DNA of 64,000 nucleotides, taken from positions 80,687 to 144,686 of the forward strand of contig CAVYSE010000026.1 of the NCBI GenBank assembly GCA_963771075.1, given 5' to 3'. The translations under genes and the position numbers were made by a program. Of the stretch, positions 32,363 through 44,650 are shown in pieces. This stretch comes from a candidate division FCPU426 bacterium (lineage in GTDB: Bacteria; Oederibacteriota; Muellerivitia; Muellerivitales; Muellerivitaceae). The notes below the pieces were generated by a model that saw only the letters and a list, made by a program, of their open reading frames with translations, did not search any database and had not been told where the DNA came from. Numbering within the stretch: the first letter of the stretch is position 1; each line of letters opens with the position of its first letter.

Positions 32363-34393
32363 CTATGCGTTCAAGTTTTTTAAATGTGGGAAGGGTGCAT
32401 TAAGCCTTTTAATCAGCTGGTTTATGGGCGTTTTTAGCCCGGAGTTGTTGAAAAATAATGGTTTTTCTAAGGTATAATTCAATTGTTGTTGATGGGTCTG
32501 TAAACGCGATTTCAGTTGGCTCCCCTGCCAGGGCTTCCAATACCTTCCAAAATAAATAATAACCAGATTGGAAATATAAAATTCCACGCGGTTAATCATC
32601 TTCCCGATAAAATAGCATTGTAATTGTCAATTATTTTCAGGGAGGAGCGAAATTTAAACCTTAGCTTAACAAGTGGAGCCCCACCTTGATCGAAGGGGTA
32701 ATCCGCCCAATCGACGCCTACCACAACACTATTGGAAAGTGCCTTTAAATGTTTTTTTATGAAAAGTTGGGAAAATTTATAAAGTCAAGCTATGGAAATC
32801 CATCCCGTTTCCCGGGTTGGTTTCTTCTAGGGTGCTATTTATTTGTCGGCCTCGTTCCGAAACCTGCCCAAGCCCAATGCCCGATTTCATGTGTCGCAAA
32901 AGTAAACAAAACAGGTACGGTCACAACCACTTTCGTAAGTGTTACTTGTAGCGGCGTTCAAAGGCTTCTGCTTTTGAAAGCGACGATCCAAAGCGCGGCT
33001 GTCTCGATAACCAAAGCGACCTATGCCGGGGTTGCCTTAACACCCTATCTTCGATCCGCAGATAGCACGAACGCAACGTCGGAAGAAACCTGGTATATGG
33101 TGAACCCTCCCACGGGGGCCAATCCGGTTTCGATCACATTAAGCGCAAGTGCTTACATGCATTCTTCCAATCTTTGCTTCCAAAATGTCAATCAGACCAC
33201 GCCTTTTGGCGCTTCCGGCGCGGTAACGGCTCAGGCCTCTTCCGCGGCCCACGCCATCACCCTCACCACCACGGCGGCAAATAGTTGGATCGTTGACCAG
33301 TGCCTGGTGGCAGATGCAACGAAAATCGCCATTACCGTGCCGGCGCCTCAAGTTGTATTAGTGTCCCAAACAGGCAATAAAGAAACCAGAACGGATGAAC
33401 TGTCGACCACTTCTATTGGTACCTATACTCTGAATTACACGTTCGCCTCCGCCCATATTGCAGATATGCAAGCGGTCGAACTTATTCCGTCCGGTTGTAC
33501 CCCCACGCCGACGTCAACCGTTACCGGAACTTTCACCCCCACTTCCACTGGTACATGGACTCCGACGATAACCAATACGCCTTCCATAACCTTCACGCCA
33601 ACAATGACTCCAACATCAACCATTACTTCAAGCCCGACGGTTACGAGTACCCAAACGCAAACGACCACAGGCACCCAACCTCCCACTTGGACGCCCACGA
33701 ATACAAACACCATCACGGTTACGCCTACGATCACGATCAGCTTCACCTCGACTATTACCTTGACCAGTACGAACTCCATCACCCTGACCCCAACCCTGAC
33801 CCCAACGGTGACCTTATCCCCCACGGTGACGACCACCTATACCTCCACCCCCCCGCTTCCGTGGACCTGCAATGGCACCTGGCAATCCAATTCGGTAGAT
33901 CCAAATGGAATCGCGGAAGATACCGCCAACGGTTATGTTTATGTCGCGGATCAAACCAACGCTGGCATTGACGTTTTCAACGCCTCGTCCGGGGTCTCCA
34001 TAGCCAGCTGGAGTGGAACGCCGGCAAAGTATGCACTCAATACGCCTTTTGGAGTGGCTGTGGACGGGTCGGGCCATGTATTCGTGACGGATACAGGGAC
34101 GAATGAAGTTTATGAATTCGATGGATATGGGGCGAACACTGGAAAAGGGGTTAACGTGTGGGGTGGGCCCACTACCTTTAATGGTCCATGGGGTATTGCG
34201 GTTTATGGGACTACGGTCTATGTGGCTGATAATGGAAATGACCGGGTTGGCATCTACAGCAATACGGGCGCCTATATCGGCGAAATCGGAAGCCCCACCG
34301 ACCACAGTCCGGTGACCTTTGCCTCTCCCACGGGAGTGGCGGTGGATAGTTCCGGCAACGTTTATGTGGCGGATGACGCGAATCAAATGATTT

Positions 34394-35807
34394 CACTCTT
34401 GTCCTAAATAAAGGACTAAAAAAAGACACCTCCGACTGAAGTAGAATTGGGTTAGTCGACAAGCCCAAAGCGACGGTTACCAGCCGTCGCTACTTCAAAC
34501 ATCCGGAGGCGTATTTCGATGGTACCACCAACCAGTCTTTTTGCCCAAGTGTTGAAAATTGTGGATCGCACGGCTTTTGAACGAATTGTGCGGGAGTTTG
34601 AAGCCGAAAAACACGCCAAGGGGTTCAGTTGCTGGAATCAGTTTGTTTCCATGCTTTTCTGCCAGATGGGAGCCGCCCATTCCTTGAGGGAAATCTGTGG
34701 TGGCCTCCACACGGCCCTTGGGAAATTGACCCATTTGGGTCTTTGCGAAGCACCCACTAAATCCACCTTGGCTTACGCTAACGCCAACCGTCCTTGGCAG
34801 GTTCAGCAAAGTCTTTTCTACCATCTGCTATCGAAGTGTCAGCTACAGGCGGCCATCTCGAAGAGGAAATTCAAGTTCAAGAATCCCCTCTACAGCCTGG
34901 ACTCCAGCACCATTGATCTTTGTTTGTCAGTCTTCGACTGGGCAAAGTTCCGTAGGACCAAAGGGGCCATCAAACTCCATCTCTTGCTGGATCATCAGGG
35001 ATACTTGCCCTGCTGGGGACTCGTAACGGAGGGAGGCGTGCATGACGTGAAAGTGGCTCAAAAGCTGGATTTTCCGGTGGATTCAATCGTAGTGATGGAT
35101 CGGGGATATGTGGATTTCTTTCTTCTGGCCCGATGGACGTTCCAAGGCGTGTGGTGGGTGACCCGTGCCAAGATCAACATGGCCTACGAGGTGGTGAAGA
35201 ACCTGCCGGTTCCGAAAACGGGCAACGTCCTGAAGGACCAAGTGATACGGTTAACAACGTTTCGGTCACAGGAAGCCTACCCGAAAGAGATGCGACGAGT
35301 GGTGGTATGGGACGAAGACCAGAAGCGGGAACTCGTATTCCTTACCAACCACATGGGTTTTGCTGCCTCGACGGTGGCGGCCATCTACAAGGAACGTTGG
35401 CAGATCGAGTTGTTCTTCAAGGCTCTCAAGCAGAACTTACGGGTGAAGACTTTCGTAGGGACCACTGAGAATGCTGTTCAGACGCAGATTTGGACAGCAT
35501 TGATTGCCATGCTGCTGTTGAAATTCCTTCAACTGAAGAGCCATATCGCCTGGAGCCTGTCCCACTTGGCGGCCATGCTGCGGATGAATCTATTGACCTA
35601 CCGCGATTTGTGGGCTTGGTTGGATGCACCATTCCTGGTGGCGAGATTGGAACCGGCGGAAAAACGAGATGGAATTAATACCCTCGTGATTTGGACAGCA
35701 TCCGGACGAAAGGGGGGGGCTTATCCCTGGAAATTCACAAACCTGTCCAAAATCGCTTGTTTTTCTTGGGGGGCAGCGGTCAGATTGAGTTGTTTAGGAT
35801 AGCAGTG
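34394..35807 (+). mobile_element. IS4-family insertion sequence, 1414 bp
   Basis: Terminal IRs CACTCTTGTCCTAAATAA / TTGTTTAGGATAGCAGTG; 9-bp target duplication AAATGATTT at 34385-34393 and 35808-35816. Confidence 0.93.
34519..35802 (+). CDS. IS4-family DDE transposase
   Basis: LDSSTI, VMDRGY and YKERWQIELFFKALKQ (YREK signature); DUF4372-like N-terminus. Confidence 0.93.
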   Translation: MVPPTSLFAQVLKIVDRTAFERIVREFEAEKHAKGFSCWNQFVSMLFCQMGAAHSLREICGGLHTALGKLTHLGLCEAPTKSTLAYANANRPWQVQQSLFYHLLSKCQLQAAISKRKFKFKNPLYSLDSSTIDLCLSVFDWAKFRRTKGAIKLHLLLDHQGYLPCWGLVTEGGVHDVKVAQKLDFPVDSIVVMDRGYVDFFLLARWTFQGVWWVTRAKINMAYEVVKNLPVPKTGNVLKDQVIRLTTFRSQEAYPKEMRRVVVWDEDQKRELVFLTNHMGFAASTVAAIYKERWQIELFFKALKQNLRVKTFVGTTENAVQTQIWTALIAMLLLKFLQLKSHIAWSLSHLAAMLRMNLLTYRDLWAWLDAPFLVARLEPAEKRDGINTLVIWTASGRKGGAYPWKFTNLSKIACFSWGAAVRLSCLG

Positions 35808-36109
35808 AAATGATTTATGAACTCAACAGCACCGGGTCAACCCTTCTAAATCAATGGGATGTATCGAATGGAGGAATGCAGGGATGCGAGTTTTTGAGTA
35901 TTGCCGGTACCAATGTTTACTTGTCAGATGGGTCCGGCAATGTGGGAATTTACACAACGGGTGGGGGTTTTCAGGGTGTCGTCGCGATACCAAGTTCGAA
36001 TGACACGGAAGGGGTTTGTGGTGACGGTACGAATTGGTTTGTGGCGGATAATACCAACAATCTTTTGATCAAATATGGTATGTCGAATTGCGGAACAACC
36101 CCGCAAGCA

Positions 36110-39100
36110 ACATTTACTCCCAGTTCAACCATCACTTTGACCCCGACCATCACTAATAGCTTCACTCTTTCTCCGACTATTACGCTGACATACACGATTA
36201 CAAAAACCAACACGATAACCCCAACGATTACGCTTACTCCGACTATTACCAATACTTATACGCTAACGCCCACAATTACCCTGACACCAACTATCACCAA
36301 CACCAACACCCTTACGCCGACGATTACGCTTACCCCGACTATTACCAACACCAACACACTGACGCCAACGATTACGCTTACTCCGACTATTACCAATACT
36401 TATACGCTAACGCCCACAATTACCCTGACACCAACTATCACCAACACCAACACGCTTACGCCAACGATTACACTTACACCGACTATCACCAACACCAATA
36501 CGTTGTCACCCACAATTACGCTGACACCGACTATCACCAACACCAACACACTTACGCCAACGATCACGCTAACCCTGACCATCACCAACACCAATACGCT
36601 GACGCCCACAATTACGCTGACGCCGACCATTACGAACACCAACACGCTGACCCCAACGATCACGCTAACCCCGACTATTACCAACACAAACACACTGACG
36701 CCAACGATTACGCTTACTCCGACTATTACCAATACTTATACGCTAACGCCCACAATTACCCTGACACCAACTATCACCAACACCAACACACTGACACCAA
36801 CGATTACGCTGACACCGACTATTACCAACACCAACACACTTACGCCGACGATTACGCTTACTCCGACTATCACCAATACCAACACGCTTACGCCCACAAT
36901 TACACTTACTCCGACCATTACCAACACCAATACGTTGACACCGACGATTACGCTGACACCGACCATTACGAACACCGACACACTGACGCCAACGATCACG
37001 CTTACTCCGACTATTACCAATACTTATACGCTAACGCCCACAATTACCCTGACACCAACTATCACCAACACCAACACACTTACGCCGACGATTACGCTTA
37101 CTCCGACTATTACCAATACTTATACGCTAACGCCCACAATTACCCTGACACCAACTATCACCAACACCAACACACTGACACCAACGATTACGCTGACACC
37201 GACTATTACCAACACCAACACACTTACGCCGACGATTACGCTTACTCCGACTATCACCAATACCAACACGCTTACGCCCACAATTACACTTACTCCGACC
37301 ATTACGAACACAAACACACTGACGCCGACGATTACGCTGACACCGACCATTACGAACACCGACACACTGACGCCAACGATCACGCTTACTCCGACTATTA
37401 CCAATACTTATACGCTAACGCCCACAATTACCCTGACACCAACTATCACCAACACCAACACACTGACACCGACGATTACGCTTACCCCGACTATCACCAA
37501 CACCAACACACTTACCCCAACGATTACGCTAACCCTGACCATCACCAACACCAATACGCTGACGCCCACAATTACGCTGACGCCGACCATCACCAACACT
37601 AATACGTTGACACCGACGATTACGCTGACACCGACTATTACCAACACCAACACGCTTACGCCCACAATTACACTTACTCCGACCATTACCAACACCAATA
37701 CGTTGACACCGACGATTACGCTGACACCGACCATTACGAACACCGACACACTGACGCCAACGATCACGCTTACTCCGACTATTACCAATACTTATACGCT
37801 AACGCCCACAATTACACTGACCCCGACTATCACCAACACCAATACGTTGACACCGACGATTACGCTTACTCCGACCATTACCAACACCAATACTTTGACA
37901 CCGACAATCACGCTAACCCCGACCATTACGAACACAAACACACTGACGCCGACGATTACGCTGACCCCGACTATTACCAACACTAATACGCTGACGCCAA
38001 CGATTACGCTGACACCGACTGTTACCAACACCGATACACTTACCCCGACGATTACGCTAACCCCGACCATCACCAACACCAATACTTTGACCCCGACAAT
38101 CACGCTAACCCCGACCATCACCAACATTAATACACTGACGCCCACAATTACGCTTACGCCGACTATAACCAATACCAATACGCTAACACCAACGATCACG
38201 CTTACGCCGACCATTACCAACACCAACACGCTTACCCTAACGATTACGCTTACTCCGACCATTACCAACACCAATACGTTGACACCGACGATTACGCTGA
38301 CACCGACCATTACGAACACCGACACACTGACGCCAACGATCACGCTTACTCCGACTATTACCAATACTTATACGCTAACGCCCACAATTACCCTGACACC
38401 AACTATCACCAACACCAACACACTGACACCAACGATTACGCTGACACCGACTATTACCAACACCAACACACTTACGCCGACGATTACGCTTACTCCGACG
38501 GTGACTGACACTTACACCGATACCATTACCTTGACTCCGACGATAACACCAACCCCATCAGCAACAGAAACCTCCACGGAAACCATCACCTTGACTCCGA
38601 CCATAACTTCTACGCCTACCGTAACGGATACTTATACGAATACCCAAACCTTGACGCCGACGATTACCCTTACCTCAACCATTACCGATACTTTCACAAA
38701 TACCCTCACCCCGACCCCGACGGTTTCCCTTTCTCCGACTGCGACGGACACGGACACCTTCACGGTTACCCTAACCCCGACCCTAACCCAAACAGAGACC
38801 ATCACCGAAACTTACACTGATACCATCACGCTGACGCCCACGGAAACCGACACGTATACCAAAACCATTACCCTAACCCCCACTATCACACTTACACCAA
38901 CCATCACCGAAACGCCGGTCCTTTCCTTCACGATCACACTGACGCCTACCGTTACCGCCACACTAACCATAACGGATACGATAACCTTAACCTCCACTAT
39001 CACGGATACACCAACCTTCACCGAAACTCCCACGGGCACCATTACCTTGACCCCGACCGTTACCCTGACCCCCACGGTCACCGATACCTATACGAATACC

Positions 39101-39330
39101 GTCACGCTCACACCCACAATTACGCTTACATCGACTATCACCAACACCTATACCAATACGGTTACCTTGACGCCAACGATCACCCTGACACCCACGGTCA
39201 CCGACACCTATACGAATACCATCACGTTCACACCCACCCTTACCCTAACGCCGACCATTACCGACACATTTACCAATACGGTTTCCTTAACGCCAACGAT
39301 CACCCCGACCATTACTCTCACTGGGACCAA
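36110..39330 (+). repeat. Coding tandem repeat, 48-bp unit (TLTPTITLTPTITNTN)
   Basis: Near-perfect 16-aa repeat from ~36.2 to 38.5 kb with variable third codon positions, then degenerate units. Confidence 0.95.
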
Positions 39331-40300
39331 TACGGCGACCCCTTCATCCACCTTTACCGCCACGCCCATCCCCAGCGGAACCTCTACCGTCACTGAAACG
39401 TCGTCCGCGACCCAAACCGCCACTTCCAGCGGTACTGGAACATTCACCACCACTTCGACCGGCACGGGCACTCCCACGACGACAGTCACGACCACACCCG
39501 CGATAACCCTTAGCTTCACTCTGTCGCCCACCGCTACGGGTTCCGGAACCGTTACCCCCACCCAAACCTGGTCGGCCACACCGATCCAAACCGATACGCC
39601 GACCCTGACCGCCACGCCGGCTTGCGGACAGCAGCTCGTGAACATCTATGACGACCGGGGGGAAAGGGTGGCTTGGATGTGCGGGTCCGGCATTTTCCCC
39701 GAAGGCGTCAGCTTTTCCATGTCGCTCTCCGCATTCGTGCCCAACGCCTCCGGGACGGGCGGGGAAATCACGATCTACTTGAACGGGCGCGTCATCGCCA
39801 CCTGGAACGGCGTGAGCACGGGGGGAACCCTGGTGCCGAACGGGTTCTATCATTTCGCGGTCACTGAAACCCTGCCTGACGGCGAGGTGGTGCGAATGAT
39901 TCACGACGCATATATCGAAACCGCTCCCGGCGGCACGGTGGATTTGGTGGTCTGGCCCAATATCGCCCGGCCCGGCGACACCATCCAGATGTTCGCCTCG
40001 TTCGCCGGCGTGCCCGCGGACTCCCAAAGCAGGATCAAGCTTTACGCCATCAGCGGGGAACTATTGCGTACCCTGTGGGTGTCCGCCGGAACCTCCTCCT
40101 GGGATTTGAAAAACAACAACGGTCAAATCGTGGTTTCAGGCCTTTATTTCGCGGTCCTGGACGGGGTGGACCCGGTGAGTCGTCAAAAACTCTCGAAGAT
40201 CAAAAAAATATTGGTTCTTTATTGAATCGGGGATCCGTCTAAAAAAATTGGTCCGTTAAGAAATTGGGTATAATTCGAAAATTCGGTTAACTTCAACGAG

Positions 40301-41128
40301 GTGCCCATGCCCCCCATGTCCTTGATTCAAAGTGTGCAGAATTCCATGGTGAAGCACGCCTATTCCCTGAAAGTCCCCAAAAAGGCAAAGGAGTCGGAAG
40401 ACTTTCTGTGCGAGGGTTTCCATCTGGTGGACGAGGCCCAGAGGAGCGGCATCCATTTCCGCTTCATTTTCGGCACCAAGGAAGCCTGGAAAAGCCCGGA
40501 AGGAAACCGCCTTCAACAAGTCGCGCACCGAGAAAAGACCAAGATGTTCGAGGCCCCGCTCAAGGTCATCGCCTACATGTCCGATACGGTAACCCCTCAG
40601 GGCCTGGTGGCGGTGGCATCGAAAAAAGAACCCGCTTGGCCCGCGGAGAACGCCCGGCTCCTGCTGGGACTTTGCCAGCTTCAGGACGCGGGTAACCTGG
40701 GGACGATTCTGCGCTCCGCGGAGGCTTTCGGCGCCCAGGGCGTTTTCCTCACGGAGGGCTCTTGCGATCCCTACAACCCCAAGGTGGTGCGTTCCTCCAT
40801 GGGTTCGCTCTTTCGCGTGCCCCTCATGGGGGGGCTTCCCTGGCAAAACTTCAGCCAGTGGGCCGCCGAGAAAAAGATTCCCATGATCGGCCTAGCGGGG
40901 CGGGGGGAGCAAACCCTTTCGGAAATGGATGGGGAAAAACCAGCCCTGCTTTGGATCGGTTCGGAAGGGGACGGGCTTCCGCAAGACTTGCTCGCGGCAT
41001 GCGCCCAAAGGGTGAGGATTCCCATGTTGGGTAAAGTGGAGTCGTTGAACGCCGGAGTGGCCGCAAGCCTGGCCCTTTTTTCTTATGCCGCAAAGGTTCC
41101 TCGCTTTGACACCCCCCTGGGGCAGTGA
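40301..41128 (+). CDS. TrmH/SpoU-family RNA methyltransferase
   Basis: LQDAGNLGTILRSA, IGSEGDGL and IPMLGKVESLNAGVAA. Confidence 0.9.
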   Translation: MPMPPMSLIQSVQNSMVKHAYSLKVPKKAKESEDFLCEGFHLVDEAQRSGIHFRFIFGTKEAWKSPEGNRLQQVAHREKTKMFEAPLKVIAYMSDTVTPQGLVAVASKKEPAWPAENARLLLGLCQLQDAGNLGTILRSAEAFGAQGVFLTEGSCDPYNPKVVRSSMGSLFRVPLMGGLPWQNFSQWAAEKKIPMIGLAGRGEQTLSEMDGEKPALLWIGSEGDGLPQDLLAACAQRVRIPMLGKVESLNAGVAASLALFSYAAKVPRFDTPLGQ

Positions 41129-41140
41129 TACACTTCAGAA

Positions 41141-41332
41141 GTGATGAAAACTGACCTCTTCTTACGCGACCCGGATTCCAAGATGGACCCCTCTTCCCAG
41201 GAGGAGTCCTTAAACAGCGTTTGGAGTAAGTTTGAGCAAACGGGTTCGATCAGTGTTTTTTTGGCCTATTCCCAAATGGCCAATGGTTCGAATGCTCAAG
41301 CAGAGAATCAATCGATCCTCTCCGCCTACTAG
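41141..41332 (+). CDS. Small YqzL-like protein
   Basis: WSKFEQTGSISVFLAY resembles the YqzL core; promoter TTGACA(41106)-17 bp-TACACT immediately upstream. Confidence 0.5.
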   Translation: MMKTDLFLRDPDSKMDPSSQEESLNSVWSKFEQTGSISVFLAYSQMANGSNAQAENQSILSAY

Positions 41333-41421
41333 AAATTTAGTTTTTCTTGGTGAAAATCTTCCCTGCTCCCCCAATAATATGCGTTCAACTATGCCCATTC
41401 GCCCATTCCCCGAGGTTTGAC

Positions 41422-42444
41422 TTGGAAAACCTTCAAAATTCTCTCAAGGATATTCTCTCCCGGGCCGGGGAGGCCGTTTCCCAGGCGCGGGATCTAAAAG
41501 CGCTGGATGACGCGCGGGTCCGTTTCTTGGGCAAAAACGGGGAAGTGACCGAACAATTAAAGGCCTTGGCCAAGGTGCCGCCCGCTGAAAAGCCCCTTTT
41601 GGGAAAGGCTATCAACGAGCTCAAGAACCAGGTGACGGAGCTTCTGGAACGCAAAAAAGAAAACCTAGAGTTGCTTTCTTCCGACCTGGCTCCCGCGGGT
41701 TTCGATCCCACCCTGCCGGGCCGGGTATTGCCGATTGGAAAACTGAACCCCCTGACGCGGGTGATGAAAGACATTACCGGCATTTTCACGGGCATGGGGT
41801 TTGATATCGCCGATGGCCCCGACGTCGAGACCGACTATTACAACTTTCTTGCGCTCAATTTCCCGCCGGACCATCCCGCCCGCGACGCCCAGGATACCTT
41901 TTACCTGTCCGAAGACCTGCTCATGCGCACCCACACTTCCCCCATCCAGATACGGGTCATGCAGAACCACAAGCCCCCTTTCAAGTTCATCGCTCCCGGC
42001 CGGGTTTACCGCAACGAGGCGATCGACGCGACCCACCACCACATCTTCCATCAGGTGGAAGGGTTCCTGGTGGATGAGGGGGTCCACTTCGGGCATTTAA
42101 AAGGAACCCTGGATACCTTCATTAAAAAGTTTTTCGGGAACCGGGTCCAAACCCGTTTTCGCCCGAGCTTTTTCCCCTTTACCGAGCCCAGCGCGGAAAT
42201 GGACATCTCCTGCATTTTTTGCGAGGGAAAGGGCTGCCGGATCTGCAAACAATCCGGGTGGGTGGAACTCCTGGGCTGCGGCATGATCGACCCGGCAGTC
42301 CTGACCAATTGCGGGGTCGACCCCGAAAAATGGACGGGGTTCGCTTTTGGCATGGGGGTGGAACGGATCGCCCTCTTCCAATATGATATTGACGATATAA
42401 GGCTTTTTTACCAGAACGACCTGCGGTTTTTGAAACAGTTCTGA
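41422..42444 (+). CDS. pheS: Phenylalanine--tRNA ligase alpha subunit
   Basis: HPARDAQDTF, MRTHTSPIQIR, FHQVEG, FPFTEPS and GFAFGMGVER; TTG start after GAGG. Confidence 0.95.
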   Translation: MENLQNSLKDILSRAGEAVSQARDLKALDDARVRFLGKNGEVTEQLKALAKVPPAEKPLLGKAINELKNQVTELLERKKENLELLSSDLAPAGFDPTLPGRVLPIGKLNPLTRVMKDITGIFTGMGFDIADGPDVETDYYNFLALNFPPDHPARDAQDTFYLSEDLLMRTHTSPIQIRVMQNHKPPFKFIAPGRVYRNEAIDATHHHIFHQVEGFLVDEGVHFGHLKGTLDTFIKKFFGNRVQTRFRPSFFPFTEPSAEMDISCIFCEGKGCRICKQSGWVELLGCGMIDPAVLTNCGVDPEKWTGFAFGMGVERIALFQYDIDDIRLFYQNDLRFLKQF

Positions 42445-42448
42445 TTTT

Positions 42449-42994
42449 TTGGAGGATGCCTTGCCAGAAAACGCCCCTCATTCCGACTCCCCGGCCACCT
42501 CAAACGGGCCGAAATCCAGCGTGGTGGAAACCCCGACTGAAAAGCCCATGAGCGGGTGGGTTACCGCCGGGGCCATTATCGCCACACTCCTGATCGCCTA
42601 TGGTTTGGCGAACCTGGAAATACTCCGCCGCGCCCATGACGCCTATAACCGGGGTGAAGCCCATTTTGCCGACAAAAAATACAAGGAAGCCATGTGGGAT
42701 TACCAGGAAGTCCAGGAATTTTACTACCTGCCCCATTCCCAGTGGGTCGACAAGGCCGCTGAAAAGGAATGGATCTGCCGGGCCTACCTGGGGGATTTCG
42801 TTCCGCCCGAGGGCCCCTTGGACGCGGACGACCGCACCCTGGAATTACGCAACGGCAAACCCAACGATTACTATAAATACAAGGATGAGATCGCCCAGAT
42901 CACTCCGGTGGGGGACACTTCCTATAACCCCGCCCCCATGACCAATGACGAGAAAGCCTCAACGGATAAGGCCGCCAAGAAGAAAAAGAAGTAA
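42449..42994 (+). CDS. Hypothetical membrane-anchored protein with a TPR-like helix pair
   Basis: One TM segment followed by AYNRGEAHF...YKEAMWDY. Confidence 0.55.
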   Translation: MEDALPENAPHSDSPATSNGPKSSVVETPTEKPMSGWVTAGAIIATLLIAYGLANLEILRRAHDAYNRGEAHFADKKYKEAMWDYQEVQEFYYLPHSQWVDKAAEKEWICRAYLGDFVPPEGPLDADDRTLELRNGKPNDYYKYKDEIAQITPVGDTSYNPAPMTNDEKASTDKAAKKKKK

Positions 42995-43076
42995 AAGTGA
43001 GCGGGTGCCTGTCAATTCCTTCGCGGTGAAATTTCGGAAGTGTAAAACTTCCTTGGCCTAAGCCGTCCCTCTTCCC

Positions 43077-43742
43077 CTACTTTTTTATGGTTAGCCGTGG
43101 GTTTTCAAAATCCTCGTTATAAAAGACCATGTCGGCTGTTTCATGGGGTTTCACTTGTTCCAAATAGAGCCGTTGGCCGGGGAAATAACGTTCCAGATAC
43201 AACCGACGGGTTTCCGCGGGCGGACCGAACCGGTCCATGTCCCTTGCCATCGCGCGTTGAAAGGCGGTTTCGAAACCGCAATCCGTAAATATATGGAAGT
43301 CAAACCATCCCGCCAATTCGGGCCTTTTTAAGAAAACTTCATCCAGGATCAGGATGCAATCAGGGCTTGTCTTCGACCAAAGACCTTTGGATTTAGTCTC
43401 GGTTTGAAGATCGTGGAACGACGTCCGGTACCTTAGGTTTCCGCCCGGGCCCAGGGGCTTCAGGACCTCATCAATCAGTGTGGGGTAATCAAAGGTATTT
43501 TCGTAATAACCCATCGGGGAATAACGTCCCTGCTGGTGCCGGGTCTCCCTCGGCAAATGAAAGTCATCCAAACTGATCCTCAAGATGTCGCGCCGGGTGG
43601 GTCGGAGGGTGGCGGCCAGTTCGTCGGCCAGTCGGGTTTTGCCCGATGCGTCGATCCCGTCGATGAAGACCCGCAGGGGATGGGAGAGTTTTAAGGCGGA
43701 TATCTTGTCGGCGATGGATCGGATGACGTCGGATCGTGCCAT
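43077..43742 (-). CDS. Uridine kinase-like P-loop kinase
   Basis: IDGIDASGKT, SLDDFH and ERYFPGQRLY. Confidence 0.8.
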   Translation of the reverse strand: MARSDVIRSIADKISALKLSHPLRVFIDGIDASGKTRLADELAATLRPTRRDILRISLDDFHLPRETRHQQGRYSPMGYYENTFDYPTLIDEVLKPLGPGGNLRYRTSFHDLQTETKSKGLWSKTSPDCILILDEVFLKRPELAGWFDFHIFTDCGFETAFQRAMARDMDRFGPPAETRRLYLERYFPGQRLYLEQVKPHETADMVFYNEDFENPRLTIKK

Positions 43743-43870
43743 GCGCGCCTCGGTTCTAGGGAGCTAATAGGCTACCGCGTTTGATTCCGCGGGTGGCGAA
43801 AAAAAGGGTCATGCGCTTTGATATAGGCTTCCGAGTCTCCGGGGTAAAATTGGATGAGGGTTCGGGGTTT

Positions 43871-44581
43871 TTAACCTAGATAAACAGGCACGATCGGTTC
43901 CTCGACCACTTTCCCGTTTTTTAAGCCAACCCGATAGGCCCGGCCATCCGGCCGGGAGGATACAATCCTCACTATGGCATTGCCGATAAAATGGATGGCC
44001 ACCCCATCGTCGGCGGCATAGCCCTTTCGGATTTTCTTCTCGGCCAATAAACGATGGTAGGCAGGCCGTCTTTCTTTTTCGCCGTCGTAATGGGGGCAAT
44101 TGCTTCCCTTGAGGAAACCCAGGCACTGGAGCCGGGTCAGGCTGCCCGGGATGGAATCGGTCACGCCCTCCTCGAACCAACAAATGGAACCCGCGCTGAC
44201 GCCGGAAAGCAGGATCCCCTTTTCCCAAGCCTTTTTAAATATCTTGTCCAGTCCCCATTCCCGCCAAAGGGCGAGCAGATTCCGGGTATTCCCTCCCCCG
44301 ACATAAATAATGTCCTTGTCCAGGACATATTTTTCCAGGCTTCCCTGGGGTGCCTTGTAGAGGGCCAGGTGCGAGGGCACGCAATCCAACCGCTTAAAAC
44401 TTTTGTAAAACCGCTGGATGTTGCCGGCGGAATCCCCGCTGGCGGTTCCCGCAAAACATATCTTCGGTTTTTTCTTGCCCGTTTGCCGGAGGATATAGGT
44501 ATCCAGCGGGGATTTGCCTGGGTCCGCCAAAAACCCGCCGCCGCCCATGCAAATGATTTGTTTCTTGATTTTCACCTTCAA
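43871..44581 (-). CDS. Peptidase E (S51 family)
   Basis: IYVGGGNT, GVSAGS and CPHYD. Confidence 0.9.
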   Translation of the reverse strand: MKVKIKKQIICMGGGGFLADPGKSPLDTYILRQTGKKKPKICFAGTASGDSAGNIQRFYKSFKRLDCVPSHLALYKAPQGSLEKYVLDKDIIYVGGGNTRNLLALWREWGLDKIFKKAWEKGILLSGVSAGSICWFEEGVTDSIPGSLTRLQCLGFLKGSNCPHYDGEKERRPAYHRLLAEKKIRKGYAADDGVAIHFIGNAIVRIVSSRPDGRAYRVGLKNGKVVEEPIVPVYLG

Positions 44582-44650
44582 GACACCTTTCCGTTGGGAG
44601 GTTCCGAAACAGCTCCCCGTGTGGTCAGCCTAAATCCCGTCGTCCGGGGT

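Larger units (their letters stand above)
32749..40225 (+). pseudogene. Giant secreted Thr/Pro-repeat protein with NHL repeats and a FlgD/T9SS-like C-terminal domain, interrupted by an IS
   Basis: Removing 34394-35816 restores one frame (...DDANQ-MIYELN...), about 2017 aa. Confidence 0.85.

Noticed and set aside
35971..39645. Val/Ile-rich minus-strand ORFs (VIVGVSV repeats)
   Set aside because: Antisense shadows of the Thr-repeat gene.
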